NCBI GenBank assembly: GCA_964387985.1
Contig: CAYLZG010000005.1
Coordinates: forward strand, 10,737-74,736
DNA from: an uncultured Anaerolineales bacterium
GTDB taxonomy: Bacteria > Chloroflexota > Anaerolineae > CG2-30-64-16
Length of the DNA stretch: 64,000 nt
Direction of reading: 5' to 3'
Below, piece by piece: positions 41,709 through 51,910 of this stretch. Position numbers and translations under genes: made by a program. Within the stretch, counting starts at the first letter, position 1, and each line of letters starts with the position of its first letter. A model generated the notes under the pieces. That model ran no database searches, had not been told where the DNA came from, and worked only from the letters and a program-made list of their open reading frames with translations.

Positions 41709-42602
41709 TCAACCTTTCAACCCTGAGGTCTGTGCCCCGCGCACAAAAGTCCGCTGTGATAACGCGTAGGCGACCAGGACCGGCAGGACTGTCAAGAGCG
41801 AGCCGGTGATCCACAGATCATAGCGCGTCCAGTAGATGCTGCGTAGGCCATTCAGGAACAGAGGCAGCGTCTGTTTGTCCATCGAGTTGATGATCACCGA
41901 GGGGAAAAGGAAGTTGTCCCACTGTCCCAGAAAGGTGAAGACCGAGATCGTCGTCAGCGGCGCCAGGGCCAGCGGCATGACCACACGCGAGTAGATCCAG
42001 AATTCGCCCGCGCCGTCGATGCGCGCGGCCTCGATGAGTTCTGTCGGGATGCCCTCGCAGAAGCTGCGCATGGTGTATATCCCGAAGGTGCTCCACAGGC
42101 TGATAACTACCAAGGCCCACAGGCTGTCGACCAGCTTGAGTTCAGCGACCTGCACATAGAGTGGGATCATGATGACCACGAAGGGAAGCATCATGGTCGC
42201 CAGGATGATCTTGAAGAGCACTTCCTTGAGCGGGAAGCGATACTTGGCGAAGACATAGCCGGTCGCTGAGGCCGTCAGCGCCTGAACCGCGGTTACAGCC
42301 GCGGCGACCCAGACCGTATTCCACATGGCCAAAGGGAAGCCGCGGCGAGTGAAGATTTCGTAGAAGGTGGCGACCGACCACTGCTTGGGGAGCAGGGTTG
42401 GAAAGGGATCGATCAGTTCCTGGTAAGGCTTGAAGGCCGAGAACACCAGGAGAATGAAGGGGGTGATGGCCAGGAAGGAGAGGACCGTCAGCAGCGCGTA
42501 GGCCGGCACCTGACCGAGCACCTTGCGCACACGGGCCAGGCTCGCTGTGCCCCGATACCTTCTGGTTGGTCGCGGTGAGGAATTCAACATTGTGGCACCC
42601 AT
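41709..42602 (-). CDS. carbohydrate ABC transporter permease (MalG/BPD_transp_1-like)
   Basis: 297 aa, 6 TM, EAA-like loop (IDGAGEFWIYSRVVMPLA). Confidence 0.75.
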   Translation of the reverse strand: MGATMLNSSPRPTRRYRGTASLARVRKVLGQVPAYALLTVLSFLAITPFILLVFSAFKPYQELIDPFPTLLPKQWSVATFYEIFTRRGFPLAMWNTVWVAAAVTAVQALTASATGYVFAKYRFPLKEVLFKIILATMMLPFVVIMIPLYVQVAELKLVDSLWALVVISLWSTFGIYTMRSFCEGIPTELIEAARIDGAGEFWIYSRVVMPLALAPLTTISVFTFLGQWDNFLFPSVIINSMDKQTLPLFLNGLRSIYWTRYDLWITGSLLTVLPVLVAYALSQRTFVRGAQTSGLKG

Positions 42603-42614
42603 CGGTCTGACTCC

Positions 42615-43577
42615 TCAGTACTCAAAGGTGGCGCGCAGGCGGTTGGTGGCTGTCTGGATCAGGAATACGATGACAAACAGCCAGACGGCTATGGCTGAGG
42701 CGAAGCCGAAACGCCAGTTGGTAAAGGCCTCGGTGTAAAGCCAGATGCTCAATACGGTCGTGGCGTACCCTGGTCCACCCGCATTCTTTGGCAGGAGCGC
42801 GGCTGAGACGTACACCTGCAGCCCCTGGATGAGCAGCATCGTGACGACCAGCATCAGTATGGGCGACAGCAGCGGCATCGTTACGCGCCAGAAAACCTGC
42901 CAACCGTTGGCGCCGTCCACGTACGCAGCATCATAGAATTCCTGGGGTATGTTCAGCAATCCTGCGGTCAGGAGGACCATATACGTACCGAGGATCTTCC
43001 AGGCGTCGATGACTGCAACCGTAGTCAGCGCGGAGCTTTCGTCCGTTAAGAACTTGCTCTCCGGTAGCCCCAGTGCGCGCAGGCCCGCGTTCACGATGCC
43101 GGTATCGGGGTCAAGGATTTGCTTGAACAGCAAGGTCATCGCCACCAGAGAAACTACGACCGGTATGAAAATGGTGAACTGATAGAAATTGCGCCCCCGC
43201 TTGATCGAGATCAGAGCCATCGACGTTAGGAGCGCGAGCGGAAAACAGAACAGCCATAGCTCGGCGGCATAGATGAGGGTTTTGCTGGTGGCAATCGGGA
43301 AGAGAAAATGCTGAGTGACTAATTCGAAGTTCTGCAGGCCGATGAACCGCACCTTATCCGGTTCAAGATAGTTTTGATTGGTGAGCGCCATAACCAACCC
43401 ACGCACGATAGGACCAATCGTAAAGAGGCCATACCAGGCGACTGTCGGCAACAGGACCATCAAGCCAAACCAAAACTGTGGCCGCCTGAGCGCCTTGCGG
43501 ATCTGCTGGCGCGTCCCGCGCGGCTGCAGGGTTACCTGGACCGCGCCAGCAGGCAACCTGGACTCCGTATGTGCCAT
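42615..43577 (-). CDS. carbohydrate ABC transporter permease (MalF-like)
   Basis: Start at ATG 43577 with GGAGGG RBS; EAA motif VDGANGWQVFWRVTMPLL. Confidence 0.75.
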   Translation of the reverse strand: MAHTESRLPAGAVQVTLQPRGTRQQIRKALRRPQFWFGLMVLLPTVAWYGLFTIGPIVRGLVMALTNQNYLEPDKVRFIGLQNFELVTQHFLFPIATSKTLIYAAELWLFCFPLALLTSMALISIKRGRNFYQFTIFIPVVVSLVAMTLLFKQILDPDTGIVNAGLRALGLPESKFLTDESSALTTVAVIDAWKILGTYMVLLTAGLLNIPQEFYDAAYVDGANGWQVFWRVTMPLLSPILMLVVTMLLIQGLQVYVSAALLPKNAGGPGYATTVLSIWLYTEAFTNWRFGFASAIAVWLFVIVFLIQTATNRLRATFEY

Positions 43578-43873
43578 CACTACCCTCCACGCATCGATTG
43601 CGGTGCCCACTCGGCACCGATGTCTCGCCGCACAAGCTCTACTTGCCGCGATCACACGTCGTTGTGCCAAGGGCTTGGTTGATGGATCCCGTTACGGCAA
43701 ACTCCTACTGAAGGGCCTGCTTCATACGCCTGAGAACTCGCTGCGAATGCTGGGAGGTTCTTCGCGCGGAGTTTGCCGTAACGGATGTTGCGTTGCAAGC
43801 TCCACCAGGAGCGACGTCAGACCGTAGCTCCGCGTGAAGGTGGCGCTTGCGAGCCTGGTTGTAGCTGGAACTC

Positions 43874-45319
43874 TTACGTTGCGGCTACGTCGGCATCCCA
43901 CTGCTGGAGCTGGTTCACAGCACGCTCCTGGATCAGTTTCGCGCCCTCGGCCGAACTGAGCTTCCCGCCCCGGATCTGCGTACAGACATCCGAGACGGCG
44001 GACTCGACCTGGCCAATGTACCATTCGCCGCCGAAGAAGGTCTGGTCCTTCAGCATGTCGAACTGGCCCCTGTACATCTGGCGAATCACATCGCTGTACT
44101 TCTCGCCGGTGTCATCCCACATCGGATGGTCATTCGCCTTGATCAGCGGTACAGGCACCATGTAGTTGGCGACGTAGTTCGTCATCCAGACTTGCTGTCC
44201 TTCAACGGTCGTCAGCCACTTCAGGAACTCCACGGCGTTGGCCTGGTTCGCGACCCTGGGCAGGGTGATGAAACCCCAGCCACCTTCGCCCATCCACTTG
44301 TTAGGTTTGCTCGGGTCGGCGTTCGGGGGTGTGAAGCACTCGTACCATAGGCCGACTTCTTCCAGGAAGAAGAGAACTGCGACGTTGCCACGGGCAACGG
44401 CCACCTTTTGCTGCTGTGCCAGGTTGGTCTGCGAGTCGCCCTGGTCCGCCTCGATGCCCATCTTGACCGGCGTTTCCACCAGCAGTTCCAGCACCTTGAC
44501 GGTGTCGTCGTTGTCGAAATCGAACTTCCGGGCATCTGCGTCCCACCACATGCGGTCCATCTGGTGCAGCATGCTTGAAACGTACGAGAACTCCCAACCT
44601 GCGCTGCTCAAGCCGTAGCGGATGACCTTGCCATCCTCTTCAACCTGCAGCTTCTGCGCAAGCTCCCACATCTGCTCATAGCTGTCGAACTGGAGCTTGC
44701 CATTCTTCGGGGGATAGAGCTTGGCTTCCTCGGCGGTGATCTTGTTATACTTGAGATCCTCGGTGGGCCAGGCGCCTGCGATGCTGATCGTGCTGAACTC
44801 AGTTGGCACACCGTAGATTTTGCCCCGCCACGTGTAGCAGGGGATGCCGTCGCCGAACCAATCCTTCGCAGGATCGGAGCCGGCCGCTTTATACACAGAA
44901 TCGTCGATGTCTACAACGGCATTCTTGGGCAGATACGAGGCCAAGCCCTTGCCCATCACGCAGGCTACATCAGGGGGCGTGCCCGCGGCGAGTGCCACGA
45001 GCGGTTTGCCGAATGGATCATCCTGCGGCTGCACAACCACCTTGATGCCCGTCTTCTCGGTGAAGGCTTTGCCCAGCGCTTCATACTTGGTGATGTGCGG
45101 ATCGTACTTGAGACCCCACAGGATCAATTCGCCACTTGCTGCAGGTGCGGGGGCTTCCGCTGCCGGTTTCTCGGCCTCGGCCCCACCCTCTGCAGCAGGA
45201 GCTGCCGCGGGCGCGGCCGCTGGAGGTGCACAGGCTGCGACGACGCCTGCTGCCGTTGCCAAGCCCAGCGCCTTCACCATCTGGCGTCGGGTCAGCTTCG
45301 TTCCTTCGTCTAGACTCAT
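43874..45319 (-). CDS. ABC transporter substrate-binding lipoprotein (carbohydrate)
   Basis: Start at ATG 45319 (AAGGAGG RBS): MSLDEGTKLTRRQMVKALGLATAAGVVAAC = TAT/lipobox signal; Ala/Pro-rich linker then SBP fold; first gene of long minus-strand operon. Confidence 0.7.
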   Translation of the reverse strand: MSLDEGTKLTRRQMVKALGLATAAGVVAACAPPAAAPAAAPAAEGGAEAEKPAAEAPAPAASGELILWGLKYDPHITKYEALGKAFTEKTGIKVVVQPQDDPFGKPLVALAAGTPPDVACVMGKGLASYLPKNAVVDIDDSVYKAAGSDPAKDWFGDGIPCYTWRGKIYGVPTEFSTISIAGAWPTEDLKYNKITAEEAKLYPPKNGKLQFDSYEQMWELAQKLQVEEDGKVIRYGLSSAGWEFSYVSSMLHQMDRMWWDADARKFDFDNDDTVKVLELLVETPVKMGIEADQGDSQTNLAQQQKVAVARGNVAVLFFLEEVGLWYECFTPPNADPSKPNKWMGEGGWGFITLPRVANQANAVEFLKWLTTVEGQQVWMTNYVANYMVPVPLIKANDHPMWDDTGEKYSDVIRQMYRGQFDMLKDQTFFGGEWYIGQVESAVSDVCTQIRGGKLSSAEGAKLIQERAVNQLQQWDADVAAT

Positions 45320-45692
45320 TGCCGATCCTCCTTGTGGCTGAACGAGGAGAGCAGTTCGAACACTGCTCGGGGCACCGCCGTGCTGGCTGGCATAACCGTC
45401 ACGGCTGAGCTTGAGTGGCTGAGACTCATCCCTGGGGTTCATGCAGCTTGTGACGCCTCCTTGCCCTTCGTGTATGGGGGAGCTGGCTCTGGCACGCGAG
45501 TTACCAGACGAACCATGCGAAATCGGAACCGTACTGCATTGCTGGGATTATCACGCTTACTGGCCGACCGTTGAGGTCAAAAGCCAGTCACACTCGGTCG
45601 GATTAGGACTAGACAAATCGCGCGAAATCTGATATAGTAGCCGGGAAACTGTTTACAATCTACCATACCTTTTATCCCCTGTCAAGTATATC

Positions 45693-45721
45693 TTGACAAA
45701 AATAGACCCGTATGTTAGGTT
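45693..45721 (+). promoter_or_regulatory. putative sigma70 promoter TTGACA-N17-TAGGTT upstream of groEL-like gene
   Basis: Near-consensus -35 TTGACA (45693-45698) and -10-like TAGGTT 17 nt later; no CIRCE/HrcA inverted repeat seen in the 330-bp intergenic region. Confidence 0.35.
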
Positions 45722-45773
45722 CTGCCGCGCTGGTCCAGGATGGACCCGTCAGCAGGTCAGAAAGGCCGCATCC

Positions 45774-47393
45774 ATGCCGCAACCTCGTCAGCGCGTCGTC
45801 TTCCAACCTGAAGTCCGCCAGGGATTACAGCAAGGCATCCATGTCGTCGTCTCAGCAGTCCGTCCCACTTTGGGTCCCCAATCACGCGTGGTCGCCTCAG
45901 AACTGCACACCGGCGCGAACTCATTCGAATTTCTGGATGACGCTGGCACCATCGCCCGCCGCATCATCCAGTTGCCCGACCGCGACCAAGATGTCGGCGC
46001 GATGCTCGCACGCAAGACCATCTGGCAGGTCCATGACGAGGCCGGAGACGGTGCGGCCACGGCAGCCGTGATCTTCGAGTCCGTCTTTGAGCAAGGGATG
46101 AAGTACATCACCGCGGGCGGCAACGCCATGGCCCTGCGGCGGTATCTTGAGGCAGGCCGTGACACCATCCTGGCCGAGCTGGCCCGCATGACCGTCCAGG
46201 TGAGGGGACCCCGGGGACTGGCCGAGTTCGCAGGGTCGATGTGTGAAGACGCAGAACTAGCAGAATTGCTCGGTGAGATCTTCGACATCATCGGCGAATG
46301 GGGACGCCTGGACATTCGGGAGGGCCAGGGGCGCGCTTTGGAGCGTGAATATGTCGAAGGCCTCTACTGGGAAGGAGCCGCGTTCGCGCGTGAAATGCTG
46401 GGTGGCCCCCAACGCGACCGCGTCGAGCTGGAGGAAGCGGCGCTCCTGATCTCAGACCTGAAGGTTCAGAAGGCCGAGGACATCGTACATCTGCTGACCA
46501 CAGCGCGTGCGACAGGTGTGCGTGCGCTCCTGTGCATCGTACAAGACCTAGCGCCCGCCGCGCTCAGCGTGCTCCTCGCCAATAACAGGCCAGGCGAATT
46601 CCAGGTCGTGGCGGCGAAGATGCCGTTTATGGTGCCGCTAAAGCAACAGGGCATCCTCGGGGATTTGGCACTGCTCACGGGAGGACAGGCCATCATCGGA
46701 GATTCCGGCCAGACGCTGGCCACAGTGCGAGCCATTGACCTGGGGCGCGCGCGGCGCGCTTGGGTTGACCGGCACAATTTCGGGATTGTGGGCGGTCAGG
46801 GCAATCCCAAGGCGATACGCAAGCACATGCGCACCTTGCGGACAGGTTTTCGCGCCGCTAAAGATGCGGAACAGCGCGACCTGCTGCGCGAGCGCGCCGG
46901 TAAGATGCTCAGCGGCTCAGCCACGCTTTATATTGGTGGCGCGACCTCCCTGGAGATCGCGCAGCGCAAGGCCACGGCCGTACGCGTGAGTGAAGCTTTG
47001 CGGGGCGCGCTGCGCGAGGGCGTTGTCCCTGGGGGCGGGGCCGCGCTCCTCGCCTGCCGGCCCGCACTGGCACAGCGACTGGCTGACAGCCGCGAGCTTG
47101 ATGAGCGCATGGCCTACCGCATCCTCATGCGCGCGCTGGAAGAGCCGACCCGCACTATCATCGCCAATGCAGGGGCCGACCCCAGCGAGGTGATGCCGCA
47201 AATCAAGCAGGCGGGCGAGGGTTACAGCTATGACGTGCAGGCCGAGCAGGTGCAGGACATGGCGGCAGCCGGCATCTGGAGCGGCGCCAGTGTGACCAAG
47301 TCCCTCGTGACCTCGGCCATCACGACTGCTGCGATGGCCCTGACTATCGAAGTGGTGGTTCATCGCGAGCGGAAGATGGAGGTCGAGCCATGA
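45774..47393 (+). CDS. chaperonin Cpn60/GroEL family protein, divergent paralog
   Basis: Conserved blocks TLGPQSRVVASE, DEAGDGAATAAV, GVVPGGGAALL, and C-terminal GIWSGASVTKSLVTSAITTAAMALTIE align to GroEL [60 protein letters not shown]; no GroES adjacent; lacks C-terminal GGM repeats. Confidence 0.75.
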   Translation: MPQPRQRVVFQPEVRQGLQQGIHVVVSAVRPTLGPQSRVVASELHTGANSFEFLDDAGTIARRIIQLPDRDQDVGAMLARKTIWQVHDEAGDGAATAAVIFESVFEQGMKYITAGGNAMALRRYLEAGRDTILAELARMTVQVRGPRGLAEFAGSMCEDAELAELLGEIFDIIGEWGRLDIREGQGRALEREYVEGLYWEGAAFAREMLGGPQRDRVELEEAALLISDLKVQKAEDIVHLLTTARATGVRALLCIVQDLAPAALSVLLANNRPGEFQVVAAKMPFMVPLKQQGILGDLALLTGGQAIIGDSGQTLATVRAIDLGRARRAWVDRHNFGIVGGQGNPKAIRKHMRTLRTGFRAAKDAEQRDLLRERAGKMLSGSATLYIGGATSLEIAQRKATAVRVSEALRGALREGVVPGGGAALLACRPALAQRLADSRELDERMAYRILMRALEEPTRTIIANAGADPSEVMPQIKQAGEGYSYDVQAEQVQDMAAAGIWSGASVTKSLVTSAITTAAMALTIEVVVHRERKMEVEP

Positions 47394-48367
47394 CAGGCCC
47401 CTCAAGCGTGGGGATGCAGCAGGCCAACATGTTGGCCGAGTGGATCTATGGCCTGATAGCAGCTACTGCCCCGGCTGGAGGCTCGGTCCTGTACGCCGCG
47501 CGCGGCTCCGGCCTGTACAGATCAACAGATGGCGGCCACACCTGGGATGACTTGTATGCTGGACTTAACTTGCCTGGCCCGCTGGCAACCGCCGCGGTCG
47601 CGCTGTCGTCCGCGTACCCGAGCGACGGCACCCTGTTTGCGGGTATGGCGGGGGCCGTCATGTACTCGCGCGATCACGGGCAGAGCTGGCAGGCTGCGTC
47701 GCTGGCCTCGCCCGCGCCAACGGTGACCGCGCTCGCCGTTTCGCCGGATTACGAGCGTGACGGGGTCGTCTTTGCTGCGAGCGCAGAGGATGGCATCTTT
47801 CGCTCCAAGGATCGCGGAGGACGCTGGGGCGCCTGGAATTTCGGCCTGCTCGACCTGAACACGCTCTGCCTGGCACTCTCGCCTGCGTTCGGCCATGACC
47901 AGACCCTCTTTGTCGGGACAGAGAGCGGGATCTTTCGCAGCACGAACGGGGGCCGGGCATGGCGCGACGTGGAGTTTTCGGAAGATCATGCCCCGGTTCA
48001 ATGTCTGGCAATCTCGCCTGGCTATCGCGATGATGGCGCGCTGGCCGCAGGAACCGAGTCGTGCGGGCTGTTCTTCTCACACGATGGGGGCGAGACCTGG
48101 CATCGTGTTGCCGAGGACGTCATCGCCGGTTCGGTTGTCACCGTGGCGATCTCGGCCGCAGGCCAGCATCAACGGGTGCTCGTCGCGACCGATGAAGCGC
48201 TCCTCGTGTCAGACGATGCAGGGGCCTCATGGAGTCTCCTGCTCCAGGAAAGGAACACGCAACTCACATGTTGCGCTGCGCCGGTGGACCTGATATCGGG
48301 CGGAGAGGTCTTCGTTGGTACTATGGACGGCAAAGTTCTGCGCGGGACATTGCCCGCAGCAGCTTAG
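47390..48367 (+). CDS. BNR/Ycf48-like repeat (beta-propeller) protein
   Basis: 325 aa; repeated S-x-D-x-G-x-T/S-W motifs (STDGGHTW, SRDHGQSW, SKDRGGRW, STNGGRAW, SHDGGETW, SDDAGASW); ATGA overlap with groEL-like gene. Confidence 0.7.
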   Translation: MTGPSSVGMQQANMLAEWIYGLIAATAPAGGSVLYAARGSGLYRSTDGGHTWDDLYAGLNLPGPLATAAVALSSAYPSDGTLFAGMAGAVMYSRDHGQSWQAASLASPAPTVTALAVSPDYERDGVVFAASAEDGIFRSKDRGGRWGAWNFGLLDLNTLCLALSPAFGHDQTLFVGTESGIFRSTNGGRAWRDVEFSEDHAPVQCLAISPGYRDDGALAAGTESCGLFFSHDGGETWHRVAEDVIAGSVVTVAISAAGQHQRVLVATDEALLVSDDAGASWSLLLQERNTQLTCCAAPVDLISGGEVFVGTMDGKVLRGTLPAAA

Positions 48368-48391
48368 TTTCTATCGTGGAGGTAGTGGCCC

Positions 48392-49072
48392 ATGGAAGCT
48401 TTGGGCATCACGCCACCTGTACACAATCAACTCTGGCAATCGGTCCTGCATCAACTGCGGGTGGCTATCGTAACCGGCGCACTGCCGCCAGGCACGCATC
48501 TGGTTGAGGTGGAGCTGGCCACGCGACTTGCGGTTAGCCGGGGGCCTGTGCGCGAGGCGCTCGCCCGGCTGGAGCACGAAGGGTTAGTCGTCAACTACCC
48601 GTATCGCGGCAGGTTCGTCGCGGAAATCACGGAAGAGGATATCCACGAAATCTATGATCTGCGCCGGCTCATTGAAGGCCGGGCCGTAGAATCGCTGGGC
48701 GAAAAACTGGACCCAGCGGACATCGAGCGCCTGCGTGAGATCAGGAAGCAAATGGTCCTGGCGCTCAACGAAGGCCGTAACGAAGACTTCGCCGACCTGG
48801 ACATCGAATTTCACCGCCAGATCATTACTATGAGCAAGCGCGAGCGCCTGCTGAAAATCTGGAATACACTCTCCAGCGTCACCCATGCTTTCATCGTCTT
48901 CAACGCACGCAACGATCCTGAAGCCATCGCGCTGATCGCCGGTCCGCATGAGACCATCCTCGAAGCGCTCATCCGGCATGACACCGTCGCCGCGCGAGAA
49001 GCCCTGATCCAACACCTGATCGAAGCGGAGGTGGGACTCATCGCGGCCAAGGCAAAGTCAAACAGGGCGTAA
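48392..49072 (+). CDS. GntR family transcriptional regulator (FCD subfamily)
   Basis: 226 aa; HTH LPPGTHLVEVELATRLAVSRGPVREALARLEHEGLV; 24 nt after BNR gene with GGAGG RBS. Confidence 0.75.
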   Translation: MEALGITPPVHNQLWQSVLHQLRVAIVTGALPPGTHLVEVELATRLAVSRGPVREALARLEHEGLVVNYPYRGRFVAEITEEDIHEIYDLRRLIEGRAVESLGEKLDPADIERLREIRKQMVLALNEGRNEDFADLDIEFHRQIITMSKRERLLKIWNTLSSVTHAFIVFNARNDPEAIALIAGPHETILEALIRHDTVAAREALIQHLIEAEVGLIAAKAKSNRA

Positions 49073-49228
49073 ATGGTTTGTGGCGCCGTGGTCAGCTGCT
49101 GTCGCCTGCCGCCGCGCCCGTGCACCTCACTGCCGGGGTGCGCGTCATAATGCCACTCCAATCCTCTGCCTGACGCTCCATCTGGCACTGCCGGTGATAT
49201 CTCCACTTTGTGACAAATCAGCACATCT

Positions 49229-50026
49229 GTGCTACCATCTCCCCCGGCGGCTACGGGCCGACGGCCACACGCCGCCGCATCCCTGTTCCAGCGAGACAGC
49301 GCCGTGCACAACCATTACTTCACCCTGGCCAGCCCCTTCCGGGACCTGTTCGTGTGGCTCCGGGAGTACCTTGAGATCTACCCGCCGCCCGGCTTCCCGA
49401 ATGTGCGGTTGACCGGCGAGCCGCCCCTGCTGCACGAGGATGAAGTGACCCGCAGCCTGGGCGTGCAGTTCCATGGGCGGCAGGGGGACGGGTCGGACGT
49501 GCTGCTCTTCGAAGTGGTCGCCCATGAAGCCCGGGGCAGCTGCCACGAGACCAGCCGCGCCCCCTGGTTCTGGACCCGGCTGGAGCGGCTCGCACCCGCG
49601 CGCACCTCCGGCCAGGCCCAGCCATTGCCTGACCCCCCCGGCCGCCTCCTCGCCAGCTCCCTCACACCGCCGGTGACCGCCCCAGCGGCCGTCGCAGCGG
49701 CGACGCCTGTGCCCGCAGCGCCGGACACCGAACAGCCAGAGCCAGCGCCACCCATCAAGTCTCCACCGACACAGCCAACCGGCGGTCAGGAAGAGGCGCT
49801 GCAGCTCCCGCAACCTTCCTCAAGCTCATCCAACAGCACGAGGCGCCAGCGCTGCAAGCCCGGACCCAAAAGTCACTCCTTGGCAGAACGGGATCAGGCA
49901 TGCGAGGAATACTGGAAAGGGCAACCCCACCTGAAACAGTTCATGATTGCCACCAAGTATGACATCAGCACCAGGCAGTTTCAGAGGTGGTGGAATGACT
50001 ACGCAGAGCGTCACGGATTGACCTGA
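49229..50026 (+). CDS. hypothetical protein, Pro/Ala-rich linker with basic C-terminal putative DNA-binding tail
   Basis: 265-aa ORF; low-complexity PAPP region; C-terminal KYDISTRQFQRWWNDYAERHG resembles small HTH modules; start uncertain. Confidence 0.3.
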   Translation: MLPSPPAATGRRPHAAASLFQRDSAVHNHYFTLASPFRDLFVWLREYLEIYPPPGFPNVRLTGEPPLLHEDEVTRSLGVQFHGRQGDGSDVLLFEVVAHEARGSCHETSRAPWFWTRLERLAPARTSGQAQPLPDPPGRLLASSLTPPVTAPAAVAAATPVPAAPDTEQPEPAPPIKSPPTQPTGGQEEALQLPQPSSSSSNSTRRQRCKPGPKSHSLAERDQACEEYWKGQPHLKQFMIATKYDISTRQFQRWWNDYAERHGLT

Positions 50027-50139
50027 GCCCCGCGTGCCTAATATGTCGTAATGTGTCGGCATTGTGGCGTGATTTGGCAGTATTATGACGCCTCTTCTGG
50101 CGCCTCCTGGTCCTACAATGAGGGCAAGGAGGCGATTTT

Positions 50140-51108
50140 ATGCCAGAGACAAACCAAACCCCACCGTCAGCCGGCCGGACCCTGCCCCCCGGCACACCCC
50201 ACCCGCGCACGCCAGAAGCCTATCCCCAGGGCTTCACGCGCATCGACAACCGCATCATCAGCTTGTACGCCTCGCAGATCGGCCCCAGCGCACTGGCCGT
50301 CTACATGGGCTTGTGCTTCCATGCCGATAACGTCACGCGCACCTGCTTCCCGGCGCTGCGGACGCTCAGCCGCCGCCTGGGCCTGAGCCGGACGACTGTG
50401 CTCAAGGCCATCAGCACACTCGAGGCCGTTGGACTGGTTCGGGTCACCCGAGAGCGCACGGAACGGGGTAAGCCCCGGGTCAACGTCTACACCCTGCTGC
50501 CCGTTCCCAATGCGTCGGCGAACTTACCGTCCACGGTACACCATCTGGACAATACCGGTCACAACGGTCTACAGGATGTACCCCCAAAGGCCAACTTTGT
50601 GAACCATGTAGGGCCAGTTGATGAACCAGAACTAGACTCAATTAACAAGACTCAATTGAACCAGAGAGGGAGTGAGTGTGGACAACCCGCCCCCACCCCC
50701 CCAGCCCAACTCGATCATTTAGCAGTCAAGGCTTATCAGGCAGTGTGGGGGTCGCCGCCGGATGCGCTGCAGCGGGCCGCCATCGCCGCCGCCGTGACCG
50801 ATGTGCCGCAGTGGGCGGAGGTCGTGCGCCAGTGGCGGCTGGCCGGCTACCGCAAACAGAACGTCGCCGGCATGCTCGACTGGTATATCAATGGCATCCC
50901 CGAAAGGAGCAATGGCTATGGCCGATCTGCAGGCGGTGGGCGGGCCGGTGGCGGCCTGGGTTTCGCAAGCCAGCGGTCCGGCAACCGGGCCGGCGAGTGG
51001 CACACATCCTCGCAGACTGAAACCCCCGAGGAGCGAGCCCGTTTCGACGCCGAGTGGGCTGCCTACCTCCAGGCCTCCCGCAACCGGAGCGAGTCTGATG
51101 CAGCGTGA
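50140..51108 (+). CDS. phage/plasmid-type replication protein with winged-helix HTH
   Basis: 322 aa; strong AAGGAGG RBS; N-terminal ...FPALRTLSRRLGLSRTTVLKAISTLEAVGLVRV winged-helix typical of phage replication initiators/DnaD-like organisers; followed by dnaC-like gene. Confidence 0.55.
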   Translation: MPETNQTPPSAGRTLPPGTPHPRTPEAYPQGFTRIDNRIISLYASQIGPSALAVYMGLCFHADNVTRTCFPALRTLSRRLGLSRTTVLKAISTLEAVGLVRVTRERTERGKPRVNVYTLLPVPNASANLPSTVHHLDNTGHNGLQDVPPKANFVNHVGPVDEPELDSINKTQLNQRGSECGQPAPTPPAQLDHLAVKAYQAVWGSPPDALQRAAIAAAVTDVPQWAEVVRQWRLAGYRKQNVAGMLDWYINGIPERSNGYGRSAGGGRAGGGLGFASQRSGNRAGEWHTSSQTETPEERARFDAEWAAYLQASRNRSESDAA

Positions 51109-51910
51109 CGCCGTCCCCGAACTCTGCTGTGACACGCTCGAGCCCCACGTTGGACCGGACCGGCCGCAGCACTGCCGGCTGGAACAGGTTGAACCCGACC
51201 GGCCACAGCAGGGCTATGTCTGCCCCAAGTGCAAGGACAAGCGGTTCGTGGTCCTCGACGTGAACTACGGGCATCCGCAGTTCGCCAAGCTGATCCCGTG
51301 CGACCTGTGCCACGGGGCGGAGCAGGTGAGCCTCTCCCCCTGGCCGGAGGTGCAGCCGCCACCCGATCTGCGGCGCCATCGGTTCACCACCGTCAGCCAC
51401 CATTCCCACATCGCACCGGTGCTTGCGGCCGTGGCGCCGCTGTGCCGGCCGCCGCACGGCTTCGTCACCCTGTCCGGGCCGCCCGGTCGGGGGAAGTCGA
51501 CGGTCATGGCCTGCGCGTACAACGAGGCGCTGGCAGCCAGGCTCCCGGCACTCTACGTCTCCATCGCCGACCTGTGCGACAGGCTGCGCCGGACATTCGA
51601 CCCCGATTCGCCGCTGGCCTTCGACGCCGCCTTCGAGTGGGTGCAGCGCGTCCCGGTCCTGTGCCTGGACGAGTTCGAACGCTTCAATGCGTCCGGCTGG
51701 ACCCTCGAGAAGGTCGGCCAGCTCATCAGCACGCGCTACGACTACCGGCAGGAGCGGCTGACGTGCCTGGCCACCAACACGACCATTGCGAGCCTGCCCG
51801 ACTTCCTGCAGAGCCGCCTCGAGGATCGCGAGTGCCACCGGTTCGAGCTGACCGGCCCGGACCTGCGCAAGCGGTCCCGGGCGGGAAGCGGGGAGACCGG
51901 AGGTTTGTAG
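51098..51910 (+). CDS. DnaC/IstB-like AAA+ helicase-loader ATPase with N-terminal zinc ribbon
   Basis: Start ATG 51098 overlapping rep stop; CPKCKDKRFVV...CDLCHG zinc-ribbon; Walker A GPPGRGKST, Walker B LCLDEFER, IstB-like C-terminus. Confidence 0.7.
   Translation: MQRDAVPELCCDTLEPHVGPDRPQHCRLEQVEPDRPQQGYVCPKCKDKRFVVLDVNYGHPQFAKLIPCDLCHGAEQVSLSPWPEVQPPPDLRRHRFTTVSHHSHIAPVLAAVAPLCRPPHGFVTLSGPPGRGKSTVMACAYNEALAARLPALYVSIADLCDRLRRTFDPDSPLAFDAAFEWVQRVPVLCLDEFERFNASGWTLEKVGQLISTRYDYRQERLTCLATNTTIASLPDFLQSRLEDRECHRFELTGPDLRKRSRAGSGETGGL

Noticed and set aside
45443-45773. CIRCE/HrcA heat-shock operator expected upstream of a groEL gene
   Set aside because: No TTAGCACTC-N9-GAGTGCTAA-like inverted repeat is present in the 330-bp intergenic region. 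Only a sigma70-like promoter was found.
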